NCBI GenBank assembly: GCA_015680685.1
Contig: MNCI01002041.1
Span: 727,790 to 791,789, forward strand
DNA from: Gnetum montanum
Lineage: Eukaryota; Plantae; Gnetophyta
Direction: 5' to 3'
DNA length: 64,000 nucleotides
Positions 25,539 to 39,585 of the stretch are shown piece after piece. The notes beneath the pieces were generated by a model. That model was not told the DNA's origin. It made no database searches and was given only the letters and a program-made list of their open reading frames with translations. Every line of letters starts with the position of its first letter. The stretch's first letter is position 1. The position numbers were made by a program, and so were the translations under genes.

Positions 25539-27559
25539 TGATAATCATCAAGGATCAATCGTTAATATTTTATCATACTTCTTATGATTTTAATCCTTTA
25601 GTTTAACCAAATCCTCAAAAAATATAATGTTACTAACAACAAGTAACTATGAAATATTATTACCTAGGCTTGAAGGTAGCTATTTTTAAGAATTATTAAT
25701 TAAGTTCATTATTTTTATTATTAATTATCTTAGTGTGCTCTAAAGATGGTAGTTATAAAAAGTTTTGAAATTGAGCTCTGAAAGCTGAAGGATTTTGAAA
25801 TTGTGTTAATAGGACTTATACTCTAAAACTTATGATGCATTGAAGGCTATGGACTCTTGAAATAGAAAAATTCACCTCTTGTTTGAAAGAAATATGAAAA
25901 ATTCTAAGGAGTGTTGCACCTATTTACAGGTTTTTTATAAGCATAATGTCATAGTAACAACATCATAGCTACAACATCAAGGATCTTAGAACACATGCCT
26001 CTACTCAATTTGGTCCTAAAACTTTGTCATTTCTTTTGTGTAATTAAGTGTCCCAAGGCTTCCTGAGGCTTGTCCAAGTAAAAGATGATTCTATCCTATG
26101 AACAAAAGGATTGGAAATGATGGAAAACCCATTATATTAGCATTGTATCAAGGCCAAATTAATCAAAATTAGAAGGTTTAAAAAATAATGAAAATGTTTA
26201 TAAAATGAAATACAAAAAAGAAGATAAGTAAATGTGAGAATAATCCTCAATATAAATCAACTCCCCATGATGTTTTAGAAGGTGTCATATTGGTTTGTAG
26301 TCATGATTTACAAGAGTCATTATGTGAATCCTCCATAAAGCAAACTTCTACCCTTAATTCCCTTGTATAGCCACTCCTGTAAGTATCTATGGGCACTTTA
26401 AGGAGTTAAATGTAAAACATTTCCTTGATTCAGTACATACATATACAACTATTAATGTTGGAACCTTGCACTATGCTATACAAAAAACTAACTTTATAAT
26501 TAAAATACAATAGTAATGTGATCATGGAGGTAGAAAGGGAGTGTAGAAGTGGGGCATGAGGCACTTAATCATGCTTATGATAGATTTCATGTATGATGTG
26601 TGACTAAATAATTAGTCATACCTATTAGTTAAGAGTCCAAACAATGTTCAACCACTTCCAATAACATCACATTGCATCTTCCAAGGCCTACCATCATGAG
26701 ACTAACTAACCACCATGTTGAAAACAAAACCACTTAAGAAGAAGAGATTGGAAACTATACATTAGAGTTGTTATGAATAATTAATTAATCATTAGTTCAT
26801 GTATTATAAACCTTACCCATTGGTTAGAGGAATTCCTTTGGACATGGATCACATGTCTTTCCAATGGTATCCTAAGAATGATTTCTTTTAATCTTAATTA
26901 ACTATTTTAATTTGTTACCCTTTCCATAGAACTAACTTCGAGCATGGGTCACATGTCTATATAGTGATGTAATAAGGGAATAATTGTTTATATAAAATAC
27001 ATTTCAAAATATTCAAAAGCATAAGCGATAGTGTGTCAACATGCAATAAGTAAACCCTAAAATGAAGGTCAAAAAAATGAACAAATCCCCTTAATATAAC
27101 ACTCTTATTTATAACCCTTCATCCTTCTTCCTTTCTTCAGAATATGATGATTATTGATCATTTTTAGTCTCTAAATATGATTAGGATCATACTATTTCCA
27201 TGAGAAGGACCTTTTATTAATGGAATTGAGGGGATAAATGTAATGGTCTCAATATTATGTACAACTACTTCTTCAAGAATTTGATAGCATAGAACAAAAT
27301 TCCAATAACAAAGTAAATTTCCTTCATAAAGAAGGCAACTTTATTAATAACAATATGAAACTAACTAATTAAAAGAAAAAAATATGTAAAAGAAATAGAA
27401 AAAAATTATCAAAAATTATAAAATGTATTAAGATTTGAAAGATATATTAAAATTTTAAAAATATAAAAGAACAATATGAAACAAAAAGATGAAAAACTTA
27501 TCCCCATAAGGTATCATATGAAGTATGTACCTTCCCTATCACTAAGATTGAAGATGGAG

Positions 27560-30500
27560 ATATGAAAAAGGTAACAAGCTTGGGAAGTGGTAAAGCTATT
27601 AGTGCAGTGCATGGCTACTTAGGAATCTTTAAATAATTTGACTTATTGCATGTTGATCAAAATAAATATTTGTGAATAATAAGGGTGGTATATTTACATG
27701 ACACCAAATGTGAATATAGAATATATGATGTAAGGTCCTTTCTATACTGTTTGGAATTTGGTATGTTGTGGCATGTGTAAGATTTTAATAAAGAACCTTA
27801 TCTCCTAGTTGAAATTTTACACATCTACTATCATGATGTTGTTTGGTGTACGCCTTGTGAACCACATTCATCATGAGTACTACCCTACAATTTTTATTTA
27901 GCACATTAAGGTTCATAATGCATTCTTTCTCAGCTAAATTAATGTTAAGGTCAAGCTTACAAGAAGTGTTTAGTGTACTGTTTGAATTGAAAATTTTAGT
28001 AACTTACGATATTCTAAATCATATAGGGAGTATCCTATAGAAAGTTTCTAGGTGAAGTGGTAGGCTGATAAGGCATCATTGAGTTTTATGCTCAATTCTT
28101 TTATCTACTAACTGCCTTGGTGAGGATTCATGTAATCTTCCTAATGGTTACTTTAGCTTGTTCATTAGCTAGGGATGGTAAGGTGTGATACGTTTATGTT
28201 CCACCTCTAAGTATTTCATTAGTTTCTTAAAGGTAGTGTCCACAAAATGGGTACCAATATTAGAAATAAGCTTCCTTAGCTTACCAAACCTATTTACTAC
28301 CTATTGTTAAAATATTTTGATGGTTGTTGCTACTATACAATCAATTACAACTATAGCTTCTACCCATTTTATATAGTAGTCTACAGTAACAATAATGTAG
28401 GAATTCCTGTTGAACATGGGTATGATTGAACCCATGAAATGACTCTAATGGTTGGATCCATTCTTGAGGATCTTCAAGCCTTGTAGCCATCCAATCATTG
28501 CAATGCACCTTTTATAAAACTAATTTAAACTAATGGTTCCCTAAATATTTTTGGCAAAAAGTATTTTTCCATGAGGATTTTGATGACTATTCATCTTTTA
28601 GCATAGTGGACTCCACAAGATCCCTTGTGAGCATCCTAGAGAATTTTGATTTGATTTTCTTTTGGAACACATCATCATACTCAGACATCTATGAAAATTT
28701 GATAAAATATACCTTTTATCTCCATGTAATGCTTGATTTGGTGTCAAAACTATCGTTTCCTACATTTGTCCTAGCCAGTAGGAACTTGTTGCATGAGCAA
28801 GTAGATGACATAATGAGTGTACTAAAGCTTGACTATGTTAGATGCAACCATTGTTATTTTTGCAAATAATAGCTCATCAAGGGACTAATCAAAGAGTGGC
28901 TTCACATTCACTTTATTATCCCATCTTAACCAAGACAAGTGATCAATTGCAACATTTTTAGTCCTTTTTTTGTCAATCATAGTGATGTCAAACTCTTACA
29001 CGATTACTAGCCATCATATGATACAAGAGCTAACCACATGAATGTAGTGATCCATACATTGATGTGTATAGAAACAAAACAAAACAAAATGTTCAATCCT
29101 TTTCATTATATGAAAAAGGAAATGATGCTACTAGTTTACTTTGGAGAGGAGAATGAAGAATATGTAATATAGGTTGGAAGGATGCACAATTCAAAATGTG
29201 TAAATGATAAGATTAACTAGCTAGATATGGATTTATTTTTTCCAACATCTAAGAATAAAAGTAAATGAATTAATAGCAAATGAATTTACAATCCTTGAGA
29301 CAAGCAAGCTACCATTGTGCATCTAGGATTAGTGGTATATGGATGGGTTAGTAAATTTGAGGATGTTAACAAGGAGAAATTAAATTCTAGAGCAAAAGCT
29401 ACATTATAAAATATGCTATAGAAGAAAAACTATGAAGAATTAAGAAACATGATATCTAATCAAACTAATAATTGAGCAAAAGAAGTAAATAGATTGCACT
29501 GACCTAAATCTATTATTGTTATGTATTAGACTATTACTAAATTTTAAACATTTGTTATAGTATACATTGGTTATAGTATAATGAAAACCAAAAACTAGTT
29601 TTCAGATATTTTCTATATAAATCATTTCAAACCAATGATATCATAATATCATTTTCATTAGAATTTGCATATGAAATTACAACTTGCACAACTATGCATG
29701 TTATGGGTATCAATATAAAATACAATTATTTCAAATTTTTATGTTGATAATCTTGTATTCAACATAATTAAGGAAATCTATCAAAATTTTTCAAATTTTC
29801 TAATCCTAATTTTTTTAAAATTTATGAAACATTCCAAATTTAATGAAAACCTCCTTTTAAGTTATAATTATATGTTACAATGTTCAACTAGGGATGGTGG
29901 ATTTGTTATGTTATGTGAGAATGTGTATTTTTTTCTACCTCTCCTTGGTGTAGGCTAATTTTAATTGAATCTTTAATTACATTGTATTTAGTATTATGAA
30001 ATATTGGAAATTGGCTAATGTTTTACACTATTAGAGTCCAATGCTTCTTTTGGATGTATTTATATTTTCAACATTATATTATATTGTTTATGTATATAAC
30101 TCTATTGTATACTTTTGGCACTTGTTCATAAGGAACTGGATTGTACTATGATCACTATGTATAAAAATTGAATATTCAAGCACATAGTACTTAAATTTTT
30201 CTAAGACATACATCATGGTCATGAGTTCTTTTTCCATGATGGTATAGTTCAACTAAACACCTCTAATACTTTTTCTTACGTAATGAATGTAGTATGGATT
30301 TTTTTTATCATCAAACTCCATGGGCATGGCTCCCAAAGTAATGTTGGATGCATCTATCATGATATGAAATTTCTTAGACTAACCAAGAACTTACAAGATG
30401 AGAGTTTCTATAAGCGTTTGTTTCAAAAGTTCAAATTCATGATCACATTTCTTAGTCCACTCAAATGCTACATCCTTTTTCATTAGTTCTACTAATGGTT

Positions 30501-31226
30501 TAACAATTTTTAAGAAGTTCTTTATGAATCTCCTATAGTAGCCTATGTATTCAAGGAAAGATCTAAAATCTTTTATTATTTGTGATTTCTTTATTATTTC
30601 TTGGATCACTCTTATCTTCTCAAGATCCATCTCTATTCCTTTCTTTAACACTCAATATCTAAGAATAATGTCTTTCTAGATTATCAAATGGCTTTGCTTC
30701 TAGTTAAGCTTAAGATTAATTTCCACACATTATTTCAACACCTACTCTAGGCAATCCAATGCTTACTCAAAATTAGAACCTTAGGTGAAAAATTCATCCA
30801 TGAAGACTTCCAAACCACTACCAATTTCTTGCTAGAAAATACTTAAGACTAGGCATTGGAACATAGTAGGAGCATTACATATTCCAAAAGGCATTGTTTT
30901 ATAAGCAAAAGTTCCTTAGGAACTTATGAATATAGTTTTGGCTTGATCTTCTAAAGCTATATGAATTTGGTTAGAGCCACTATAGCTATCCAACATGTTG
31001 TAATACTTGTAACTAGCAATGGTGTCCAACACTTGGTTAACAAATAATAATGGAAAATAATCCTTGAAGGTTGTCATATTTAATAGCTTGAAGTCAATGT
31101 AGATCCTCCACTAGCCCCCTTTCTTTGACATAATGATAATTAGATTAAACCACTCGTTGTCTACCATAAGGTACATGAATCTAGCTTTTAGAAGTTTCTC
31201 AATATCTTTTTTAATGATTTGCTTTA
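27560..31226 (-). pseudogene. H pol: RT, RNase H, integrase, decayed
   Basis: EKLLKARFMYL..WRIYIDFK; LDSYSGSNQI; MPFGM*NAPTMFQ; VFMDEF; GYYRRFIKNF; DASNITLG; IIVTVDYYIKWVEA. Confidence 0.9.
29041..30120. other. Unclassified 1.08-kb AT-rich insertion in the H RNase H
   Basis: RNase H frame SDHSTIQFLMNK|HVVSSCII*WL..EFD rejoins exactly across 30121/29040; no clear TSD or TIR. Confidence 0.6.
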
Positions 31227-32012
31227 TGATGAATCATGGTTTGCCAAGCTTGATATCACAACCTGGATACAATATTGTATACACGTTATTGTGATTCCTA
31301 TGTTAGCCTATAAATACAACAGTCAGGCACACAGTGAGAGGAGATCATTAGAGAGTTAGAAGTTCTTTTCTTTTGGTAGTTTAGTTTCAATTTATTTCTT
31401 TCAAAATAGTTATTCCTAGTGCATGCCTGCAGTGTGATGATTGTAATTGTATGCCACCTTTTTTCGAGTGTGACGTCCTTGGACACATGCATGACTGGAA
31501 ATAAAGATTGAGATTCCTTTCATCATTGCAACATTCACTTACATTAATTTCATTATTTTAATTATCTAATGTTTTCTTTAATTAAAATATGATTTATTGT
31601 TATTTACTTTTCCTATCATTAAGTGGAATGTGTATGTCTTAATCACAAGCATTTAAGTGTGAATACTTGGCATGCCCAGTAGTAATCCCACGAAGTCCAA
31701 GACATGTATAGATGGTTAAGGATGGATACCATCTCCATAGGCTAATTTAGGTTTTGCTCTTATTATTAATTTAATCAATTTATCTTTTCTATTATCAAGA
31801 GTAACATAGAGATTAGGACAATATCATATGCCTCACTCTAGACTAAACCATACGTGACAAAGCTACTACTAGTCCAGGTGGGAAGATAGCGATCTGCGAT
31901 CAACGTATAACTGTCTAGGTGCCACAACTAGTCCATTCATGGAGTTCGATTAGATCGTGTGTACACACTCATATTCATATGGTTGAGTATAGAGGTACCT
32001 TGCCACTCATCA
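31227..32012 (+). repeat. 5' LTR of D
   Basis: TGATGAA...CTCATCA; direct repeat of 39586-40400. Confidence 0.92.
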
Positions 32013-32123
32013 TTGGCACCGCTACCAAGGATGGTGCTAGTTATCTAGATTAGTTGTATTACATAAGATCGTTGTAAAAGGATATTAATGATATATCTTT
32101 CGAGAAGTACTCAAACACACACC

Positions 32124-34637
32124 ATGAATCAACAACAATATCTCACTCATGTGGAACTGATTATGAACCGTGTAGTGTGACTATTCATTAGAGAACTAAC
32201 GAATTATACAATGAAGAAGATTGGAGTGATCCATCTTATGAAGGGGTTTTTCATGACCATGGCCACCCTAACAACACTTAAAGACTACATTCACCTGAGG
32301 CAGATAATCTAGAAGAAGATGACATAAATCCTAAACTAGGGGAGGACTCAAGGCCTAAGACCTCCTCGGAACTTAGAAATGATAAACCAAGGGACCATGA
32401 GGATATTATAGAAGGCATGGCTATCCTACCAGTTCCTCCTTTTCATCTTTCCCCTCAACTTCAATGTCTAGTTTTGACGAAGATGAATGTAGGAATAGAA
32501 ACAGAACTCCACAAAAGGGTCAGAGTAAAAGCAAAAATCAAACCCACAGACATACTCAAGGTCATCAACATGAATACAAGCCCCATTGTCACCATCAATC
32601 AAATAGACATTTTAATCACCACTTATCTGACAATGATAAATCCATGTTAGTCCCTAAAAGCCTAATGCACATCACAAAGGTCATTAAGATATCTCACAAT
32701 CATCACAAGAAGAGTCAACTACCTAAGCTCAACCTGAATAATATTTCAAAATTTGTTGGAGGCTATGATTTAGATATGCAACATCATTTGCAGGCCTTCT
32801 ATGATGCTTGTGTGCTCACCAATCTAGACAATAAATGGCAAAATCTTAAGCTCTTCCCTAGGACACTAATCGATAAAGCTGAAGTGTGGTATAGATCATT
32901 GGAACCAAATTTCATCAGACGATGGTCAACCATGTTTGAACTTTTCATTAAAAGATATTAGACCTATGCACAAGTGTCCACCTTGAGGAGACAAATCCAA
33001 GGATGGAATCAAGAACAATAGGAACCATTGGACATGGCCTTAGATAGATACTATACCTTATTGAATAAATGTCTAGGTCATAGGTTCTTCAAGAAAGAGT
33101 AAACACTCCACATTATAGATGGGCTCAGCAATCAAACAAGGGTAAACCTTGGGAAGTATGCCAAAGGATAACTATATAAGCTCCAAGGCCACCAAGTTAA
33201 AGAACTAATAGAGTGTCTGGCGAAAGAAGAGAGAGAATTATCTAAATGGAAGAATGCCAAAGCATTTGAGTGGGATCCAACTCTAGAAACAACAAGGATC
33301 CAGAACCATAATGAAGAGAAGACAACCAATTCTGAAGGGGTGATACAATTCCAACCTTTGCCAATACAAAAATTGATAAATGAAATTGAGGCAAAGCATA
33401 ACAAGATGACTGTATGGGCAAATGAACAATGTGTGAATTTAGAAGAAATTATTGGGGAGAGGGTCATCCAAAAATAAACCTAGCAATTAAAATAAATAGA
33501 GGGCACAAAAATCAGAAATAATTAAGAACACTATTCAGCAACCAAGGAGAATGACTAAGGGTAACGATGCCAAAGGCTCAACTATAGATAATGAGGATGA
33601 ATGTGATGTCTGTTTCTATGACCATCTAAAGGGCCATTGCCCAGTCTTGTCACATCTAAATGAGCATTAGGTAGGGAAGCTACACCCAAAATTCATACAA
33701 ATATATTAGTTTAGGCACATCCTTATTCCACAAGGTAATTATGGACAACCCCATGATCCATTGTACTATCCTAAGAGGAGCTATTACCAACCTCAACACT
33801 TTCCTCAACCACAGTGGCAAAACTCACATGCTTGGGGAAGGCCACCATCTAGCCAACCACATCCTCCCTCTCTACCAAAACCAAATACCTACTATGTTCA
33901 ACATCCTAGTTCTCCAACCAGTTCTAAATCCTTTATTTCCAATCATCATTATCACTCTCCCGAGCATCATCAACCCATGTCTTTTCCTAAGGGATCACCA
34001 CCTCATACTTCTCATACTTCTCCTCACCCTTAGTATTCTCATCCTTCACCTCCTTCTACATCACCATCAGATGTATTGAATGGTTCCGCATCACCATGCC
34101 AACCAATGGATGTAACTTGTGCTACTACTATTAATGAAAGTAGGTTCCCTCCACAACATGGGAAGCATCCCTTCTTTAACCATGATCGTAAGAAGAAGAA
34201 TCACACTTCTGAACCTACTTCACCTTCTAAACTAGCCCAAGGAAAACTTGGTGCCACACCTTCATTAGCCCCATCAAAAACCCTTGTCACTATACCCAAG
34301 CCTCCACCTCACACTCCAATGTCCACATGATCCAATGAATTCACCAATGTGAAGGGACACATAGATCCTTGCATACTTCCATCTAGTCAAGGGTGCCATA
34401 GTGGGTCGGATTTCCCTCATAATGTACACACATCATCTAACCTTCCCCACTAATTCTTTCTATAATTAGGTGTGTGACCAATGATTTCTCTACCCAACCA
34501 CCATACCACCAATAGACACCTAGTGGCTGGGGCATGATAGACCCCTAACATTTCATACATGCATGGATCCTATTCATCCACTTATTAATCCTAGCCACAA
34601 CCAAATGTTTAGTTGTGGGGGTCACCCCCCATTCTAA
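32124..34637 (+). pseudogene. D gag (Retrotrans_gag core, Cys/His knuckle, Pro/His-rich tail)
   Basis: QHHLQAFYDAC...LKLFPRTLIDKAEVWYRSLEPNFIRRWSTMFELF; CDVCFYDHLKGHC; ends ...GGHPPF* like C gag. Confidence 0.85.
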
Positions 34638-36004
34638 TTTCTAGGATTCTTAAGTGTTATTTTACCTTTTTATTTTATGATTTTTTGTCATTTCTCTATT
34701 TCTTTTATTTTTTCTAATTATTCTTGTCAATTTTCCATTGTAATCTCAACCGTGAATAGGTTGATCATGTTGCCCATTAAGGTGAGGTTTTCCTCTACGT
34801 TGCTTGGTCATAAGGGATTGATTATTCAAACATTGAGACTATGACATACATCCACCTATTCCATTAATAAGAGGTTCATGCTCTGGTCACAATGGTAATC
34901 TTTTTTCATCATTTAACTACAAATAATTTGACAATCATTATGTCTAGAGAGCCAAGTAAAGGACTAAGGTGGAATGATAAGGGTGTGACATCAAGGGGAT
35001 TCATAGATTCTCTTTGGCTACTTCCATATGTTCTATTGTGTTGCCAAGGTTGTAACTATATCCTTGTAAATCTAACGAAAAATGGAAGTAAGAGCAACTT
35101 AAATGGCACTAAATAAGCTTTTGTAGGTCCCATTGGAAAGACATGTATCCATGCCTGAAGGTAGGCAACTTCATAGAGCCAAACACAAATAAAAAAAAAG
35201 ATAAGAAGAAAAATAGAAAAAGAGAAGAAGGAAAGAAAGAGAGTGAGCCATTATGACACTCCTCTCCTTCTCCTTCCTTGAACAAAATGCCAAGTGATGT
35301 TACTCCTTGCAACTCTAGTAGGCTTATGGTTGTTTGTCGATGGGATGAAGCAATGTGGTGTCACTACAATGTAGTATGGACTTGGTTTGAAACTTGGAAA
35401 GCTAGACACATGGTTATTTAATCACTAATTACACATAATATTCCATTGTGACCATCATGAGACACCTCATGTCCCAATTTCTATGATCCCTTCTACGTCC
35501 ATCTCATCTTGTTGTCCAAGTGTTCATAACTTATGGTTGGTATAACATAGAGTTATTATCTCAACTCGGTGGTTTTAACATCTGTGTTTTGTTCATAGGT
35601 ATATGTTGCATTCAACTTCTCTAGTGCCTATGAACATTAGAGGTGTGGTTCCACAAGGGCATCATAGGCTAGAGCCTACTTTGGGGAGGATCCACTTGTG
35701 TAACTTTTGTAACTTGTCCCTATTGCACACGATGCATTATTTTACACCCTCTAACTACTTACCTAAGTGCATTATCCTTTCCCTTATCATTGTACTCAAT
35801 CGTTCCTCAACAATTACTCTACACCCTTCATCCTAGCCCCTTTTTGCAAATTTTCATATATGATCCCACCATGACATACTTCTGATGCCTCAAAAGTAAT
35901 TTTCTAAATACCCCCAAAGTTTCCAATTTAGTCTCCAAATTTTCATTACATATCAAAAATTTCTTATTTCAACTTAGTCCTTGCATTCAATGAATTTCGA
36001 TAGG

Positions 36005-36125
36005 GACATGATACCATGTACACAATATCGCGTCCAACACGATACTATGTACACGATATTGCATCTGATGTAATACTAGGTATGTGATATCGTGTTATCG
36101 CATCTCCCCTACCTATATATCCTCA
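36005..36125 (+). promoter_or_regulatory. Putative internal promoter of the D accessory ORF
   Basis: About six decayed CGATATCG-type palindromes followed by CCTATATAT, the same arrangement as the LTR U3. Confidence 0.6.
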
Positions 36126-36626
36126 TGGCCCCATCCACTTCAAGTTCATTTCTCTCATTTGACACTAGGAGAGTTGTTGAGATTTTCCTTTGCAACTAGA
36201 GCTTTACATCTCCATCTTCCAAGTGCAATATCTTGCTCCCTAACATTTTGATTTCAATTCTGTTTGATCCTAGTTGAACCCAGAGTGTTCCACTTAGTCG
36301 TGGGGGAGTACTATAGTGGGGAGCATGCAAAATTTTTTCAAAATTTGCCATGATCTGAAGGATATTATAGGGGTAAGAAATTCAATGTTTATGAAAGAAA
36401 CCTTCCATGTTTAAATGCTAAGCTAATTTTTTATCAATTACCCAGGCTACCCAAATGATTGTAAGGTCAAAAATAACACCTTTTGGAGCCACTTCTCAAA
36501 TATATTTCGAACTCTAAAAATCATCCTACGCAATTATGGATTTTTAATTAAGGTAATGAGTGAGGTATGAATTGATAAAAATTTCTCTACACAACCTTAG
36601 TAATAATGATTTTTGTGTGATTACAA

Positions 36627-39265
36627 ATGGCCCCAAAAAGAGGAGATTAAGCAAGACCTTCCCAAGGAGCAAGTAAATGCCCAAGAGAAGGCAGAGGCTA
36701 GGAACCTCACGTAGAACATGTAAAGCAGGAGGCCCACTCATTCAACATTCATCAGGAAACCTCTACAATAGTGCAATCTGGCCATGTAAAAGGTGGTGAA
36801 GTTAGAGCCCTGAAACCAGGGCAACATCTTACACTGTCCCCTAAATGTCTTCAAGCCATTCAAGAAAAGTCCACCTTTGTAGCTATGATAGTGGAGCTCA
36901 ATTTTGGGCCTTTCATTGAGTTTGCCCCTGAACTAGTGAAGACTCAACTTAAGGCATCTTCACTATGGCCCATCCTCTCCAAGAGTGGTGATTGGTATTT
37001 GGGTAAAACATACCAATTCTAGCATGGCAAGGAGGAAGGCACTATTGCCAATATAGGTGGTGTTTCCGTTGATTTTTCTGCAAAGGCCATTGCAGAGGTC
37101 CTAAATCTTCCAAACAAAGGACCAAAAGTTGCTCATTTGTCCAATCTCTCGGACGCAGACACAAGGAAATTATGCTTGAAGTGGGTTAATAGCAAGGAGA
37201 ATAAATTTTATGGAGAATTAACCCTAGAAGAAAGGATCTACTTTAAGATCAACACTTATCACCTTTTCCTCACCAAAGGTTTATACATTATCTACTTATG
37301 CAATGTGATGCAATGTAATTTTGATGGGAAAATTTAATGTAAATCTGCCCCATTTATATCTGATGGAGATATTAAGGCAATTTGAAGAAAGGAAGATAGG
37401 GAATCTTTCCTTGCCTTTCCCTTAGCTTATCAAGAAGCTGTGTAGACATGTTGGAATCTTGGGCTACACGAATGATGTTCCTAGAAAAGCCCAAAATGCT
37501 TCATATGCTGAATTGCTCAAACCTTCGGCACCAAGGAAAGATGTTAGTGAGCAATTAGAACAAGAGGAAGAGTAAACGATTGGGCCCACTATGCCTCAAA
37601 TAGTAGGACCTAGCCAACAATAAGAAGCTAGGCCCAGCACACAACCCATAAGCTAGCAAGTCCAACAACCACTGCTGCAATAAGACTATCAGCCATCTAT
37701 CAGTGACCTTCAAACAATTGTTGAGACAGTTAGTTGGGGAAGTCATGATGCCAAAAACCTATTCAAGGTCATTAATGATGTCGTACAGCCCATTGTTTCA
37801 ACCAACCCTACAAGTGGACATATTTCATTGATCTTAGGAGGAGAGTCCCAATGGTCTCAGCAAATCTCTAGGAATGACGCATCCTTCCAAGTCAGATTGG
37901 AAACTAATGAAGTCACCATGGTGATGATCATTCAGCACTAGGATGTGGTAGGCACAGCAAACGTGGTTATTGAACACATTAAAGAATTTTTTAATATCCC
38001 TGTTGTGCCACCGGTAGATTTTACAGGAGCACGTGATGCTCAAGTTTTGGCCAATCCCTTAATAACTCTTGTGGAACATTAGGATGCTTTAGATTGCTTG
38101 TTGCAAATAGGAAAAGTTATGACATCCTTGTTTAACATCCCATAAGATTTCATAGTAGCACAATCAGACCTCATTTCCACCAAAGGAAAAGTTCATGGTT
38201 GAACTTAGGGCCAAGCACATGGAAGCAGAGTTGCAAAGATTGCAGGACAAGTTCATCACCCTACAAGCTGAATGAAGGGATCCTTTCCAATTTATTGCAG
38301 CTGACCAATTAGAAGTTTTCATGATCGAGTAACTAAATAAATTATTAGAAGAAACTAAAAAGATGGCAAGGGAAAAAGAACAGGCTAATTGGGATGCTTC
38401 AAAGGTGCAAGCTTAGATGTATGCACATGCTAAAGCTTTCAAAGCCTTACAAGAAGAGAATAAACTACTTGCTGCTAAACATCTTCAGTTGACTACAATT
38501 GAGAAACAAAAGAACATTCTGAAAAAAAATTTCCAACAAATATGAGAACAACTAGTTTATGTCAACCAAGATATGAATCACTTGGCCAAGGAGAATAGAA
38601 CCCTCTCTATGGAGGACGTTCACGCCATTCGATAAAAGAAGACCATAGAAATAAGTGTGTGGAAAAATAAGGCCAAGAAGCATGAGAAGTTAAAAGAACA
38701 CTTCCATGACTAGGTGGAAATGTACAAGAAAATCATCAAAAAGGAGATCCATATGGCTAAGGCCCACATTAATTTTTTCAGTGCTCAACACACTAACTAG
38801 CAAGCTGTACTAGATACTTATGCCTTCATCCACCAAGCAAAATTGACAAGTTGGAACTTGTAAATTTAAGACTTAACAAAGTACATAAAGTTGGAAAATC
38901 TGTGATATGCCAACTTGGCCATGTTAATAGTAGGGTGCCTGAGAATTGAACTCGAGAAGTAGGTAGTGGTCACTTATGCTAAGTATGAGACAAAGTTTGT
39001 GAAACATAAGAAGACATTACAAAAATTAGAAGTAGCAAACTCTGAATTAGAAGTGGTCAAAGTAAGCTACCACAACCAAAAAGATGTAGCAACAAATTTG
39101 GCTTGACGGCTAACAAATTATCAGGAATTACGAGACAAAGCCAAAGCCTATGAGGAGGAATGACGATAGTTTGCTACATGGTACATTAAAGCAAACCAGA
39201 TGTTTCCATAGCTACCATGTCCATGGGAGGTGCCAACTCCATCAAACATTGGAACATCAGCATGA
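36627..39265 (+). pseudogene. D accessory (env-position) ORF, ~880 codons, with stops and frameshifts
   Basis: MAPKRRRLS start; LWPILSKSGDWYLGKTYQF...VSVDFSAKAIAEVLNLPN (resembles the putative plant transposon protein domain); long K/E/Q coiled coil; LPCPWEVP end. Confidence 0.85.
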
Positions 39266-39585
39266 ACTATGCATGATCCTTGGATAAAAGAAGAGAAACT
39301 GTAAGTGCTTCTCATCCATCAATGATCTCAGAACCCTACAAGGTTAGCAAAAGGGAAAGCATTGATGGAGGAGCCACCAACTCTGGGAACCACATGAGTT
39401 CCAAGATTTTACATTTTGTATTTTGTATTTTGTGTTTTGTGTTTTGTGTCCAAGTTTTATGTTCCCATACTATGGCATGGTTAGTCAATAGTAGCCAATA
39501 ATCCCATACCTTCATAATGTTTTGTATGAGACTCATTTCTCATTGTATTAACTTGAGGATGAGTTTTTATTCAATCATGGGGGTA

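Noticed and set aside
36627-39265. Calling the accessory ORF a true envelope gene
   Set aside because: No signal peptide or clear TM helix seen; only its position is env-like
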